NCBI GenBank assembly: GCA_951406725.2
Contig: OX597827.1
Span: 4,712,001-4,776,000 of the forward strand
Direction: 5' to 3'
Length of the DNA stretch: 64,000 bases
From: Octopus vulgaris
Taxonomy: Eukaryota
In this document: one piece after another, positions 52,362 to 64,000 of the stretch
Layout: every line of letters starts with the position of its first letter
How positions within the stretch are numbered: the first letter of the stretch is position 1
Made by a program: the position numbers and the translations under genes
Notes under the pieces: generated by a model
Database searches by the model: none
Told to the model about the DNA's origin: nothing
What the model saw: only the letters and a program-made list of their open reading frames with translations

Positions 52362-52695
52362 CATCATCATCATCATCATCATCATCATTTAGCGTCCGCT
52401 TTCCATGCTGGCATGGGTTGGACGGTTCAACTGGGGTCTGGGAAGCCAGAAGGCTGCACCAGGCCCAGTTTGATCTGGCAATGTTTCTACGGCTAGATGC
52501 CCTTCCTAACGCCAACCACTCCATGAGTGTAGTGGGTGCTTTTTATGTGCCAGACGAGTCTGGCAAATGGCCATGATCGGATGGTGCTTTTTATGTGCCG
52601 CCAGCACGGGGGCCAGGCGAGGCTGGCAACGGCCACAAACGGATGGTACTTTTTACGTGCCACTGTAAAGAGCACCATCCGTTCGTGGCCGTTTA
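52362..52695 (-). mobile_element. Family C (RTE 3' UTR) copy with inverted 5' end
   Basis: Near-identical to 6861-7163; ends with inverted aaagagcaccatccgttcgtggccgtt. Confidence 0.75.
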
Positions 52696-53084
52696 TCACT
52701 GTATAAATAATTAAATCAAATTACATAAATGATAAATCAGCTAGACATTCTGACCACTTCTTTCCTAACATCTATGCACTTCTGTCCATGAATGTTTGGG
52801 AATATGTTTCTTGTCAGGTCAGTTCAAAAATAATCTGCAGCTAGTAATCATATAAACCAGTACAATCTGTTTCATAGTCAGGCTGGCAGTGATTAAACTA
52901 ATAACACCTCCTCTTTGGGTATATCCCTGGTATGTGTCTATTAGAGTGAATGAACTCAACAAAGTGAAATGGTCATATATTAAACCTACAGATTTAGCAG
53001 GGTCTTACTAAAACTTTGAGTCAAGTATTGCTAATTCTTTTTGCAATTCCTTGCACCTGGTGTCTCTCTCTCTTTTGTCTCTCA

Positions 53085-53125
<41 letters not shown>

Positions 53126-55002
53126 TAGATGCATGGGCCTTGCCTTTTTTTCTGATCAAGGTGAGAGAAGTCGTTGATAAATTTGAGGACTATACATGGG
53201 TTGGGATTATCATCTCATTACATCATTAGAAATGGTACATCTCTTCTGTTTATTTCATGGACATTGTTCTAATATTACCTTATCACAAACTTTTATTCCG
53301 TGAAAATAAAATATTTTGTTAATCTATGAGATACCAATCCCTTGTTATCTATCCCTAATCAATCTCTGCTGTCTGCTGTTCTCGTCATATTCTATAGTTT
53401 AACTTCAATGTATATGTTGAAGTTAAATTCATTCTCCTCACTATTGAACTAATTTACCTGGATTTCAGGTAACCACTTAGGATCAGAATGTTTTGTCTTT
53501 ATTTCTCTAAGTTCATCTGCCATCTCTATCAATATTCAGATTCACCTAACCATCAATAATATTTTTCTGCTATCTCCCATATAACTGTCATTTATTTTAA
53601 TGTTCATGATTATTGTTTCTCATACTCCCTATACAAATACTTCTGATGCTGTAGTCAAATCTTAAACCATTCTTAACTATCTGTGTCAGTATCATCACCT
53701 GCCCATATGAATGAAAAAACACCTTCAACTTCATTTTTGCTTTTAAATCTAGTTTTTAGCCAAACATTGAAACATCTGAACATTGACTAATCATACCAGC
53801 ATACAACAGAATCTCAAACTGTGTAATGCCACTCATCTCTAAATCCTTTGGTACTTGATCCTTGTTAGTTCTGTACTGTTCCATCTAAACTGTGCACTTG
53901 TATGTGCATGTGCAAATGTTTCGCAACTAGGTAAGGCAAAAATGTGCACACACTAGGTTTTCAAGATGAAATAGGATTTTTTTTAATTGAGGAAACTTGA
54001 GCAATGGTTACTTATATGGATGCACACATATTTTGCAAAGACAAAATTTGCACACAATGTCAATTTCTTCATATACCCCCAAAAATTAGAGAAAACATTG
54101 CTCTTTACCCATCTGAAACAGCACACTGGTTAATATATTCTTCCTGGGTACATTACTACACATTTTTTGTGCAAACAAAACCCATCACCGAACTTCTAAC
54201 TGATCACCTGTTTCTGCACTGATGCAAATACAACACCTGGCAGGGAAACATCTAGATTTATTAACTGGAAGTCTTCTATCTAGAGATTCTATGTGGTCTC
54301 ATGTTGTCCATTTAAAAAAATAAAATTACACATTAAAAAAAAATGTACCGTACACATCCTTAAAAAGTTAGGATGGTCATAGATTGACTTTGATCATAAT
54401 CTTCTCGATCAGGACTGAACTGGGGCTGACAATGCAACAAGAGGCTTCCAAGGTGAGGCAATAGAGACACCTGTATGTGATCATCTTTACCTACTAGAAA
54501 TAGCTATGCAATTCTAATCAACTCACAATTTGCATCCTGAAACTGGAGGGACATATTGAATAATGTAGTTCTGGATATACTGTCTGAAAAACAAGATGGA
54601 ATGGCCACAGTTGGGATGTTTTAATAAGACGGCTGCTTCAAAGGCACTGAGCTGGAATAAGCAATATCAATATGCAACTACCAGAAGAAGTATAAAAATT
54701 GCCTTCTTACAGCACACAGAACAGCCTTCAAGCTTTCCGGCCTCTCAGAATGTGACCAAACCATCTTAGAGTCTTGCAAAGAGGAGTTCTGTCAACTTTA
54801 CATAAGTCTCTTCCTACCATTCTGACCTTATCAAGATGGTATTGTTAACCTCACTCCAACTCAGAAAGCCTTCATATTTGCTTCTCACTTTCCTTTTCAC
54901 TCTACACAAAACTCATTAAACTCTTCCAAACTTTTAATCCATATTCATCCTTACCACCAAATGTAAAATTTGCCTTGTGATACATGACCTCTTGGTTTTA
55001 AA

Positions 55003-55391
55003 GGAGGCGCAATGGCCCAGTGGTTAGGGCAGCGGACTCACAGTCATAGCATCGCGGTTTCGATTCCCAGACCGGGCATTGTGAGTGTTTATTGAGCGAA
55101 AACACCTAAAGCTCCACGAGGCTCCGGCAGAGGATGGTGGTGATCCCTGCTGTACTCTTTCACCACAACTTTCTCTCACTCTTACTTCCTGTTTCTGTTG
55201 TACCTGTATTTCAAAGGGCCGGCCTTGTCACTCTCTGTGTCACGCTGAATATCCCCGAGAACTACGTTAAGGATACACGTGTCTGTGGAGTGCTCAGCCA
55301 CTTACACGTTAATTTCACGAGCAGGCTGTTCCGTTGATTCGGATCAACCGGAACCCTTATCGTCATAACCGATGGAGTGCTTCCAATCCAA
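55003..55391 (+). mobile_element. SINE family B with TSD
   Basis: TSD tcttggttttaaa at 54990-55002 and 55392-55404; (TCCAA)n tail. Confidence 0.92.
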
Positions 55392-55899
55392 TCTTGGTTT
55401 TAAATTAAAATCATTCATCAAATGTCAATCTAATATATGAATTAATCAAAATGTTAGCTACCTTTTTAAAGCCCTTCAGATTGTTAATGATTTCAAATGT
55501 AAACAAAGAACAGAAACAGGTGTATTTCATTTATAATATAATATAGGGGTTAAACCATTTATTAAGCATGTCACGTCCTTCACACAAAGTCCATAAACTT
55601 GCTCCAAGCAGAGCTGCAGTGTTGCAGAACAGGCAAAAACACAACCCACAATACATTGCAAAATAAGAAAAGGAAAAGATCCCCCATTTCCGCTACGCAT
55701 GATGCACTTAATCTATTACCCAATATTGCACTTGGATGACTTTAGGTCCTCTCCATCACAAGCATTTGGGCCAAGTCTCTTGTCGGGGTATAATTTCATG
55801 CCTTCTTCCCATTAGCTTCAGTAGCCCTCAAAAAGCTCATGGACACTATAAAAGCAAAAACAACACTTTCAGTTACTTCAAACAAAAATATCTTCCAGC

Positions 55900-57700
55900 C
55901 TTGACAATACCTCTTCTATTACAATTAAACTGTGTACCACTTATTCAACCTCTTATCCACCAAACTCTCTGAACTTTCTATCTCTACAGGTATCTATCTT
56001 GATCTGTGGAAACATGCTACTGTGTGTCCTATACCCTGTTTGTCCTAAATTTTCTGACCTTGCCAACTATCAACCCATTACTCTCCCTTCTGACACCGCA
56101 AAGGTAGTGGTAATGACTATTACCACTTACCTTCTTCAACACTTTTGTTCCATTTCTTTAGATGGTGAACACTAGAATAGTTTTCATAAATCTAGATTTA
56201 TAAGTGACCTGAGCACCTATGTCTCTTCCCAGTAGGCTGCCATCCTTGAGAACTTAGTTGACAGCAATGTCAACCTGAAATTAAAGACTTTGACGGTGTT
56301 TGGCAGGTGAATACAAGGTAGCATCAAGAAGCTCCCAGACTAGTTCTGTAGCACTACAACAGATGGCAGCACATGGTTGCATGTGCAGTGAGAGCTAGCA
56401 GTGACCTTTGTGAAGCAGTTGAGTGACATTGCTGTGTTTACTTAGCAAGTTGTGAAGTTTGTGCTTTTGTGATCACATGTGTCTGCTGTAGTCTGGGATT
56501 TTGTCATGGACAGGAAATTCGAACAAAGAACCAATGTGAAATTTTGCATTGAACTTGGGAAGTCTGCTACAGAGTCATTGAGCATGCTTCAAAAAACTTA
56601 TGGCGATGAGACAATGGATCACATGCAATATTTTGAGTGGCATGGATGCTTCAAAAGCAAAAGAATGTTCCTGGAAGATGAGTGATCTACCATGAGTGTC
56701 GACCCTGGAAATGTGGAGAAAATTCACTAGCTTGTGCATGGGATCTTGGAGGACAATCAATAACATTGCTGATGTTGTTCTGTTATATGGGTCTGTGCAG
56801 GCAATCCTAGCATCTGAATTGAACATGTAGTATGAATCTGTCAAGTTTGTCCCCCATCTGCTGACCACTGAGCAGAAGGAACATCGCATCAAAGTCAGTC
56901 ACGATCTCCATCAGTGTGCTGCTGATGACCCATCCTTCGTGTCAAAGGTCATCACTGGTGATGAGAGTTGGGCCTACAGGCACACCTTGAGAAGAAGCAG
57001 CAGTCGTCACAATGGAAGAGGTCTTCATCTCCATGACCAAAGAAGGCATGGCAGAGCTGCAGCTCTTCCATGACCAAATAAGGCATGGCAGAGCTGCAGC
57101 TCAATCAAGAGCATTCTTATATTTTTAGACATTTGTGCTATTGTGCACCCTCCCTATTCACCAGATTTAGAACCTGTGGACTTACATCTCTTCCTTAAGA
57201 TGAAAATGTAGCTCAAAGTTTGCTGTTTTAACACTGTTGTTGAAATCAAGAGAGAATTGTAGGTTCTTGACATGCTTACAAAAAATGACTTCCAGGCCAG
57301 ATTCCAAAAGTGACAGGAATTCTGGGACTGGTATATTGCTGCATAAGGTGACTATTTCAAAGGAAATAATGTTAAAACTTAGGAAAATAAGTTATTTTTT
57401 ATCAAATATAACAAGTCCGGAAACTTTTTGATACCACCTGGTTCAGGTGTCTACCTATGGGCTTCATCTAGATCTCATCTCATGGACTGAGAGCTTCATA
57501 TCAGATTGCACTATCTTGGTATGTACTAACAGGTTTTTTTTCCTTTTTTGACATGTGCACACTATCAAAACTGATGTGCTCCATATAGTTTTTCCTGTCT
57601 GTATATGACCTAATTACTCTCATCTCTAAGAGTATACAGTCCTATGCACTTTATATCCTTCATCACTCCTTAAATTTTCTGACACAAGCTTCATCTATAT
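55900..57700 (+). mobile_element. Old LINE RT remnant split by a mariner insertion
   Basis: LWKHATVCPI, LANYQPITL and KDFDGVWQ before 56312; YGLHLDLISWTESFISDCTI continues after 57441. Confidence 0.55.
56312..57441 (+). mobile_element. Decayed mariner
   Basis: EQRTNVKFCIELGKSATE, KFVPHLLT, VITGDESWAY, HPPYSPDLEP; imperfect TIRs caaggtagcatcaagaagctcccagact / agtccggaaactttttgataccacctgg. Confidence 0.88.
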
Positions 57701-57976
57701 GCAACCTAGACACCTCATGTATGGAAACCTTAACACAAAACTACAATCAATGCATATATGAAGAGTCTTGTATCATGGTGCTCCTTCACTTATTGGACAA
57801 CACACAGCTTATACCCATATGATCTTTCTTGCAACCCTTCAAATGATCACATGGCTGAAACTGTATCTCCAGGATTAAAGCTGCAGCCATAGACTAGCGG
57901 CTGTTTAAATTGATGATTAACAGCATCAATCTGACCAGTCATAGAACATGATAGAATGCAACTATTCCATGATGTA
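57299..57976 (+). repeat. 678-bp direct duplication, copy 1
   Basis: Nearly identical to 62507-63184. Confidence 0.92.
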
Positions 57977-59925
57977 AAACAGTTAGTGATATGACTGGCA
58001 TCTGGCTATAAAAGACATGCCATAAGGAAAAAAGAAGATGTTATGCAGCAACAAACTGATAGTTTCCTTTTTAATGTAACTTAATATGAAATAAATGTAT
58101 AATCCTGTTGTTGATGATGATGATGATGATAAAAGCTATGTATAATAATGTCTACTTTTTCATGCTTGTATCAGTCAGATAGGAGTATGTTGGAACAGAG
58201 TTTTCTGCCGCTGAATGCCCTTCCTACTGCCAACTCCACTGATTTTCAAGTGAGGTAACAATCTCTTATTCTATAGAGAAACAAACCACCCAGACATGCG
58301 TATGTGAACTGAAAGCAAATGATACTTGATGAACAAGCCTTTCGTTTACAAAGATCACAAAACATGTCGATATTACTGGAGGAGCTTTTGTAGTGGACAG
58401 AAAGCAAATGATACAATGAGTAAAACCGTTATTTACAGCCAGCTAACAAACACATGTAGACAAAGCAATACTCACTCACTTGCCCACTCACCTGCTCACC
58501 TGAATGCCTGCCCTCTCGCAGGACTGAACCCAAAGCCATATGGTTGGAAACCAAACTTTTTAATCCTTCCCCCATGTCTGCACCTGTATGTACACATACA
58601 TACTTACATATGTACATACATATGCGTGTGTGTGTGAAATTTTTTACATCATGGGGATATCTGAAATTATAATTCAAAGCTCATACCTTTCTAGGGATAT
58701 ATGACTTCATATTTATTTTAGAATGACAAAAGTAGAGACACAGGAAACTATTTGCTTAGAACATTCAACCTCTTTCCATCACACCTAGTGACGAAGGAAA
58801 TTTAACCTTGACCCTTAAAACCAACAATTTTTAAAGAAGTTTAACTCTTGTCTCATAAACCATAATTCTTACCATTACAATAATACCAGTACAATAATGT
58901 TACAGGTTTTAAAGACACTGGAGTTGCCATAAATTAGAATCAAAATATGTTACAACCAGCCAAAATGTTGTAAAATCTCAAAATACTTTGGTTGGTCTTT
59001 ATAGATTCTACTTCAGCAAACTTATTTTGCAGATCTTTTTACGTCTGCATGAGATGGCATTATGGATGTATAACTCATCTACACATTTTCACTTCAAACA
59101 TGGACACATTCACATCCAACAAAGTTTATGCAGTTATTCACAGTATCAGTAATACTGTTAATTATTAATACTGCTATTATTGACTATCTTAATAAAGTCA
59201 CAAAAACAAATGTTACTTAATCTATGAGCAATTTAGGAAACAAATGTTTTACTTATATTATATCATAGGATGATCATTGTGTTATTAAGAAATACATGCA
59301 CTGGTTCCATTTCACTTCTTTCATTGATCAACAAGTTAAACATTTGACTAATTAACTAATTGATTGCTCAATTGATTGCTCAGCCAATCAATCAATGACA
59401 TGCCTTTGCTATTCCACGTCTGTCTGTCTCCTAGTTTTCAGATGCTATTGACTTTCTGTAATTGAAGAACAAAAAAATCGTTACTATCAACATTCTAAAT
59501 CATATTTGACAGAAACAACCACATGCAAATTGTTGACACTATTATAAAATACTGACTAAAGTTGTTTACTCTAGTAAATGATGTTGTGCATAAGAATCAT
59601 GCATTCTCTAAAATCATGCATTCAGGTTTTTCAGAAAAATGCAACATACTTGCATTTAGTCACTTGGGAATTTGATGTCATCAGGTAACCTCTCTAAAGG
59701 GTCTGATGTTAGTAAAATATGAATGAAATTATATAAAATGATTACCACACTAAGTACTGAGGTCGATCTAATTGGCTGAAGCCATCTAAAGTTGTGTTCC
59801 AGCATAGTAGCAGTTCAATGACTGAAGTACCTATATTATTCCGATTCTTGAATAGAGATGATATAACTTTATATATTTATGGTTTTATGGATATTTGTAG
59901 ATGAGTTTATCTTTAAATGTGAATA

Positions 59926-60250
59926 GATCTTGGGCAAGTGTGTTCTGCTATAGCCCCGGGCCGACCAATGCCTTGTGAGTGGATTTGGTAGACGGAAACT
60001 GAAAGAAGCCTGTCGTATATATGTATATATATATATGTGTGTGTGTGTTTGTCCCCCTAGCATTGCTTGACAACTGATGCTGGTGTGTTTACGTCCCCGT
60101 CACTTAGCAGTTCGGCAAAAGAGACTGATAGAATAAGTACTGGGCTTACAAAAGAATAAGTCCCGGGGTTGATTTGCTCGACTAAAGGCGGTACTCCAGC
60201 ATGGCCGCAGTCAAATGACTGAAACAAGTAAAAGAGTAAAAGAGTAAAGA
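59926..60250 (+). mobile_element. 5'-truncated SINE family A copy
   Basis: Starts atcttgggcaagtg and ends with the AAAGAGT-type tail. Confidence 0.85.
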
Positions 60251-60344
60251 GATATGTATTTGCATTTGTTGTTGATGTTAGTGGCTTTAATATAAATTAG
60301 GCATGCAAGGTTTTAGGATGTCTATGAATGTATGTATGTGTATG

Positions 60345-60376
<32 letters not shown>

Positions 60377-62024
60377 CATGCGTCTTTCTGTCTGCCTTTT
60401 AACATTTAATTGTTTCAGTCATTGGACTGTAGTCATGCAGGGGCATCATCAGTGGCCTGAGAACAAAATCCGCTCAGTGCGTGCAAACTCAGGTCCAAAA
60501 TATTTTACAAAGCTGATTTTAAAAAAAATCTTAATATCAGAACAAACATGGGTATAATAATGATATTTTTTTTATTATTATACAAGGAAAAGTAATGCTT
60601 CAAATCACTCCCCAAATTTTTCTATACTTGCTCATTTTGCTGATGAAGTTTTCTCAGAGGATGTCTAAAGTCTTTTCATTGCACAAGATTTTATGCACAT
60701 GCATTACATCACAGTGTGGCAGATGATGTTGCAGCATCATTTTGAGACCAGCTCAATGTTTTGGCAACAAAAAACACCCAGAATAACCTCAGTTAGTGTC
60801 TCCAAAGTGTAGTCAAGAGAAAATCTTTGTGAACAGCCTGGTTTTCAGAAACATAACAACAATAACTGATTCGTGTTCCATTCCAGAGTGATCACATATA
60901 ATACCAATAAACATGGAATCTTCGAACTTTTTTGCTGATCCTATATAGGGTGTTATGAGCCTCTAAGATTTCATTTTGTATGGTATTAGATAGAAAATTA
61001 ACTTGTCATTTAGGCCACTGACTTACTTCTGCACCATATTCTTCGGCAAGTTCTTTTGTGAGATTTACAAAGTTTCCTGTGACACATGTTAACTTTCTCT
61101 TCAAAGATGGAACCAGAAATTTCTTTTATCTTTTACTAAGGATGTTCCTTGATCCTTCAACAATGGAACATTGAAGTGCTATAATTTTTTATTAAGTATT
61201 TCCTTAATTCTCTGATCATGGAAGTGCTAACCACTTTTAATTTTCATTAAATAGCCTTTCGTATTAGGAATAGCAACAGATTTTAGGATTCCAGGTTACA
61301 TGTGTAGAAGTTTTTAAGTGTGATTTAGCATTTAGTAATGATGGTGTTGTAAGATGAGTGGTTTGGCATTGGCTGGTATTTCTTGTATGAATTGTGCATC
61401 CTGTCCCAGGAAAATAGATGAAGCTACAGTCATTGCATATGCACAGTCTCTCGTGCTGAGAATAGTCGCATATTCTAGGGTTTCGTGTGTTCATGATTTT
61501 ACTTTATTTACAGTTAGCAAATTTATGATGGAGCTGTCAGGTACACATTCAGATTGAAGGGAGAAAGGAGTGGTTCTTCACTAATGGCAGTAGCAGTACA
61601 ACAGGATGACAATGATGATGATGATGGATCTCTTGTGTTATTCTAAGAAGAATTTGAGTGGTCTGACTGGGGAGAAGAGCAAGAGACTGTGTTGTTTAAT
61701 TGGTCATCAATTGTTCCAGTATTGATGAGTGATTGCCAATGCCAATCAGTTTGTTCCTATTGCTTAGTTGTGGTAAGGTTAAAAGCAGTAGAACATAATG
61801 ACAACGATGATGAAGAGTAAGGAAGTGGATGAAGAGTAAGTGGATAGCTACGCAGGGAAGGGCTTTTGGCTGTGGAGTTTAATATTTCTTTACTTGTGTT
61901 AGTATTGAGGAGTGACCTTGGTTTTTGTTGCTTTGTTGTTGTTACACACACACACACAAACATGTAATTTAATTTAATCCTTTAATGTTGAGGATGCTTT
62001 AGCTCAGTAATATATCTTTCTAGG

Positions 62025-62424
62025 AGTGGAGGCACAATGGCCCAGTGGTTAGGGCAGTGGACTCGCGGTCGTAAGGATCGCAGTTTCGATTCCCAGACTG
62101 GGCGTTGTGAGTGTTTATTGAGTGAAAACACCTAAAAGAAAAGTCCCACGAGGCTCTGGCAGGGGATGGTGGTGATCCCTGCTGTACTCTTTCACCACAA
62201 CTTTCTCTCACTCTTACTTCCTGTTTCTGTTGTACCTGTATTTCAAAGGGCCGGCCTTGTCACTCCCTGTGTCATGCTGAATATCCCCGAGAACTACGTT
62301 AAGGGTGCATGTGTCTGTGGAGTGCTCAGCCACTTACACGTTAATTTCACGAGCAGGCTGTTCCGTTGATTCGGATCAACTGGAACCCTCATCGTCGTAA
62401 CCGACGGAGTGCTTCCATCCATCC
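62025..62424 (+). mobile_element. SINE family B with TSD
   Basis: TSD atctttctagg at 62014-62024 and 62425-62435; (TCCA)n tail. Confidence 0.9.
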
Positions 62425-62506
62425 ATCTTTCTAGGGATTTTGGTGGGAGTTTCTTTTCAGTTATTCTAGTTCTTTGTTCTTATTTTTTTCTAAGCCTAGG
62501 GTTATA

Positions 62507-63184
62507 AGATTCCAAGAGTGACAGGAATTCTGGGACTGGTGTATTGCTGCATAAGGTAACTATTTCAAAGAAAATGGTGTTAAAACTTAGGTAAATAAGT
62601 TATTTTTTATCAAATATAACTAGTCCAGAAACTTTTTGATACCACCTGGTTCAGCTGTCTACCTATGGGCTTCATCTAGATCTCATCTCATGGACTGAGA
62701 GCTTCATATCAGATTGCACTATCTTGGTATGTACTAACAGGTTTTTTTTCCTTTTTTGACATGTGCACACTATCAAAACTGATGTGCTCCATATAGTTTT
62801 TCCTGTCTGTATATGACCTAATTACTCTCATCTCTAAGAATATACAGTCCTATGCACTTTATATCCTTCATCACTCCTTAAATTTTCTGACACAAGCTTC
62901 ATCCATATGCAACCTAGACACCTCATGTATGGAAACCTTGACACAAAACTACAATCAATGCATATATGAACAGTCTTGTATCATGGTGCTCCTTCACTTA
63001 TTGGACAACACACAGCTTATACCCATATGATCTTTCTTGCAACCCTTCAAATGATCACATGGCTGAAACTGTATCTCCAGGATTATAGCTGCAGCCATAG
63101 ACTAGCAGCTGTTTAAATTGATGATTAACTGCATTAATCTGACCAGTCATAGAATATGATAGAATGCAACTATTCCATGATGTA
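62507..63184 (+). repeat. 678-bp direct duplication, copy 2
   Basis: Nearly identical to 57299-57976 (offset 5208). Confidence 0.92.
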
Positions 63185-63307
63185 TTGTACCTCATTGAGG
63201 AATATTTGATCTCACTAGTATTGGCACTCAAAAAAGTGCTTTCAGTACTGTACTAGAATACTGGCATTCCACTGAGAATCAATGTTTCATTCCTTGGTAC
63301 ACCTACA

Positions 63308-63992
63308 CGTGTACCCCAAAGAATTTCTTTCCTCATAACTTCCAGAAAAATGGATATTTTTTCATGAAATTTTCTACAAATATGTTTCAGATGGTGTAAA
63401 TTGTGATTATATCGGAATTTTTTACCAAAACATTTTTCCTTGGCTGGGTAGAGGGCTCACAGAAAATTCATGCAAATTGTCTTTGTTTTCTTATAACTTT
63501 CAGAAAAATGTACATTTTCCACAAATACCTTTCACAGTTTTGTAGATCAAGATTATATCAAAATTTCATATGAAGAAAGAAAAAAAAATAAACTCGGTGG
63601 ACGTACACATCATACATACTGACACATCACATTCATCAACAAAATGAAACTTGAAATTTCAAAAACAATTGTGATGTGTGTCAGTATGTATGTGCTTATC
63701 AGTTCCCCTTTCATATCAAACTGTGATATAATCGTAATTTACATATTCTTAAAGATACTTGTTGAAAATTTCATCAAAGAATCCCATTTTCTCCAAAAGT
63801 GATGATGAAACAAAACTAACCTGTATTAATTTTCTTAAACTCCTCTCTCTACCCTTCAGAAAAATGTTTTTTCACAACACATTGTGCAACAATCGGAATC
63901 TACACCATCTGAAGCATATTTGTAGAAAATTCATTGAAAAAATATCAATTTTTCTGGAAGTTGTGAGGAAACAAATTTGCTGGGGAACATTT
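63308..63992. mobile_element. Foldback-type non-autonomous element (~690-bp imperfect palindrome)
   Basis: Outer arms cctcataacttccagaaaaatggatattttttca...ttctacaaatatgtttcagatggtgta / tacaccatctgaagcatatttgtagaaaa...ttttctggaagttgtgagg; inner arms catacatactgacacatcaca / tgtgatgtgtgtcagtatgtatg. Confidence 0.75.
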
Positions 63993-64000
63993 GTGTACAT

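Noticed and set aside
56355-56372. CTCF-like motif CAACAGATGGCAGCAC
   Set aside because: Partial match inside a mariner subterminal region, about 15 kb from the candidate promoter; no supporting evidence.
60600-61560. Cys-rich fragments on the minus strand suggesting a decayed transposon gene
   Set aside because: Too many stops and frameshifts to assign by eye; needs TBLASTN/HMM search.

Overview
AT-rich, microsatellite- and transposon-dense eukaryotic DNA, most likely a coleoid cephalopod (octopus-type); this is inferred from the protocadherin architecture and repeat landscape. The only intact protein-coding gene I can support is a minus-strand protocadherin. One large exon (ATG 35745 to donor 33361) encodes a signal peptide, 6 cadherin repeats and a TM helix. 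I spliced it by hand to two phase-compatible cytoplasmic exons (28992-28824, 26906-26632), giving about 942 aa, with a probable non-coding first exon and promoter at about 41450-41730. The rest is decayed mobile DNA: several mariners (one a two-element chimera), MITEs, a Helitron, CR1- and RTE-like LINE remnants, and at least four tRNA-derived SINE families with swapped modules. The most unusual signal is at about 11.5-21 kb: a cluster of Penelope-like remnants (GIY-YIG fragment, pLTR-like ends, fold-back inverted duplications) carrying 5-7 minimal type-I hammerhead ribozyme motifs, including a near-perfect 335-bp palindrome with a hammerhead on each strand. A recent 678-bp direct duplication lies at 57.3 and 62.5 kb. 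All coordinates were read by eye, and no database search or folding program was run.
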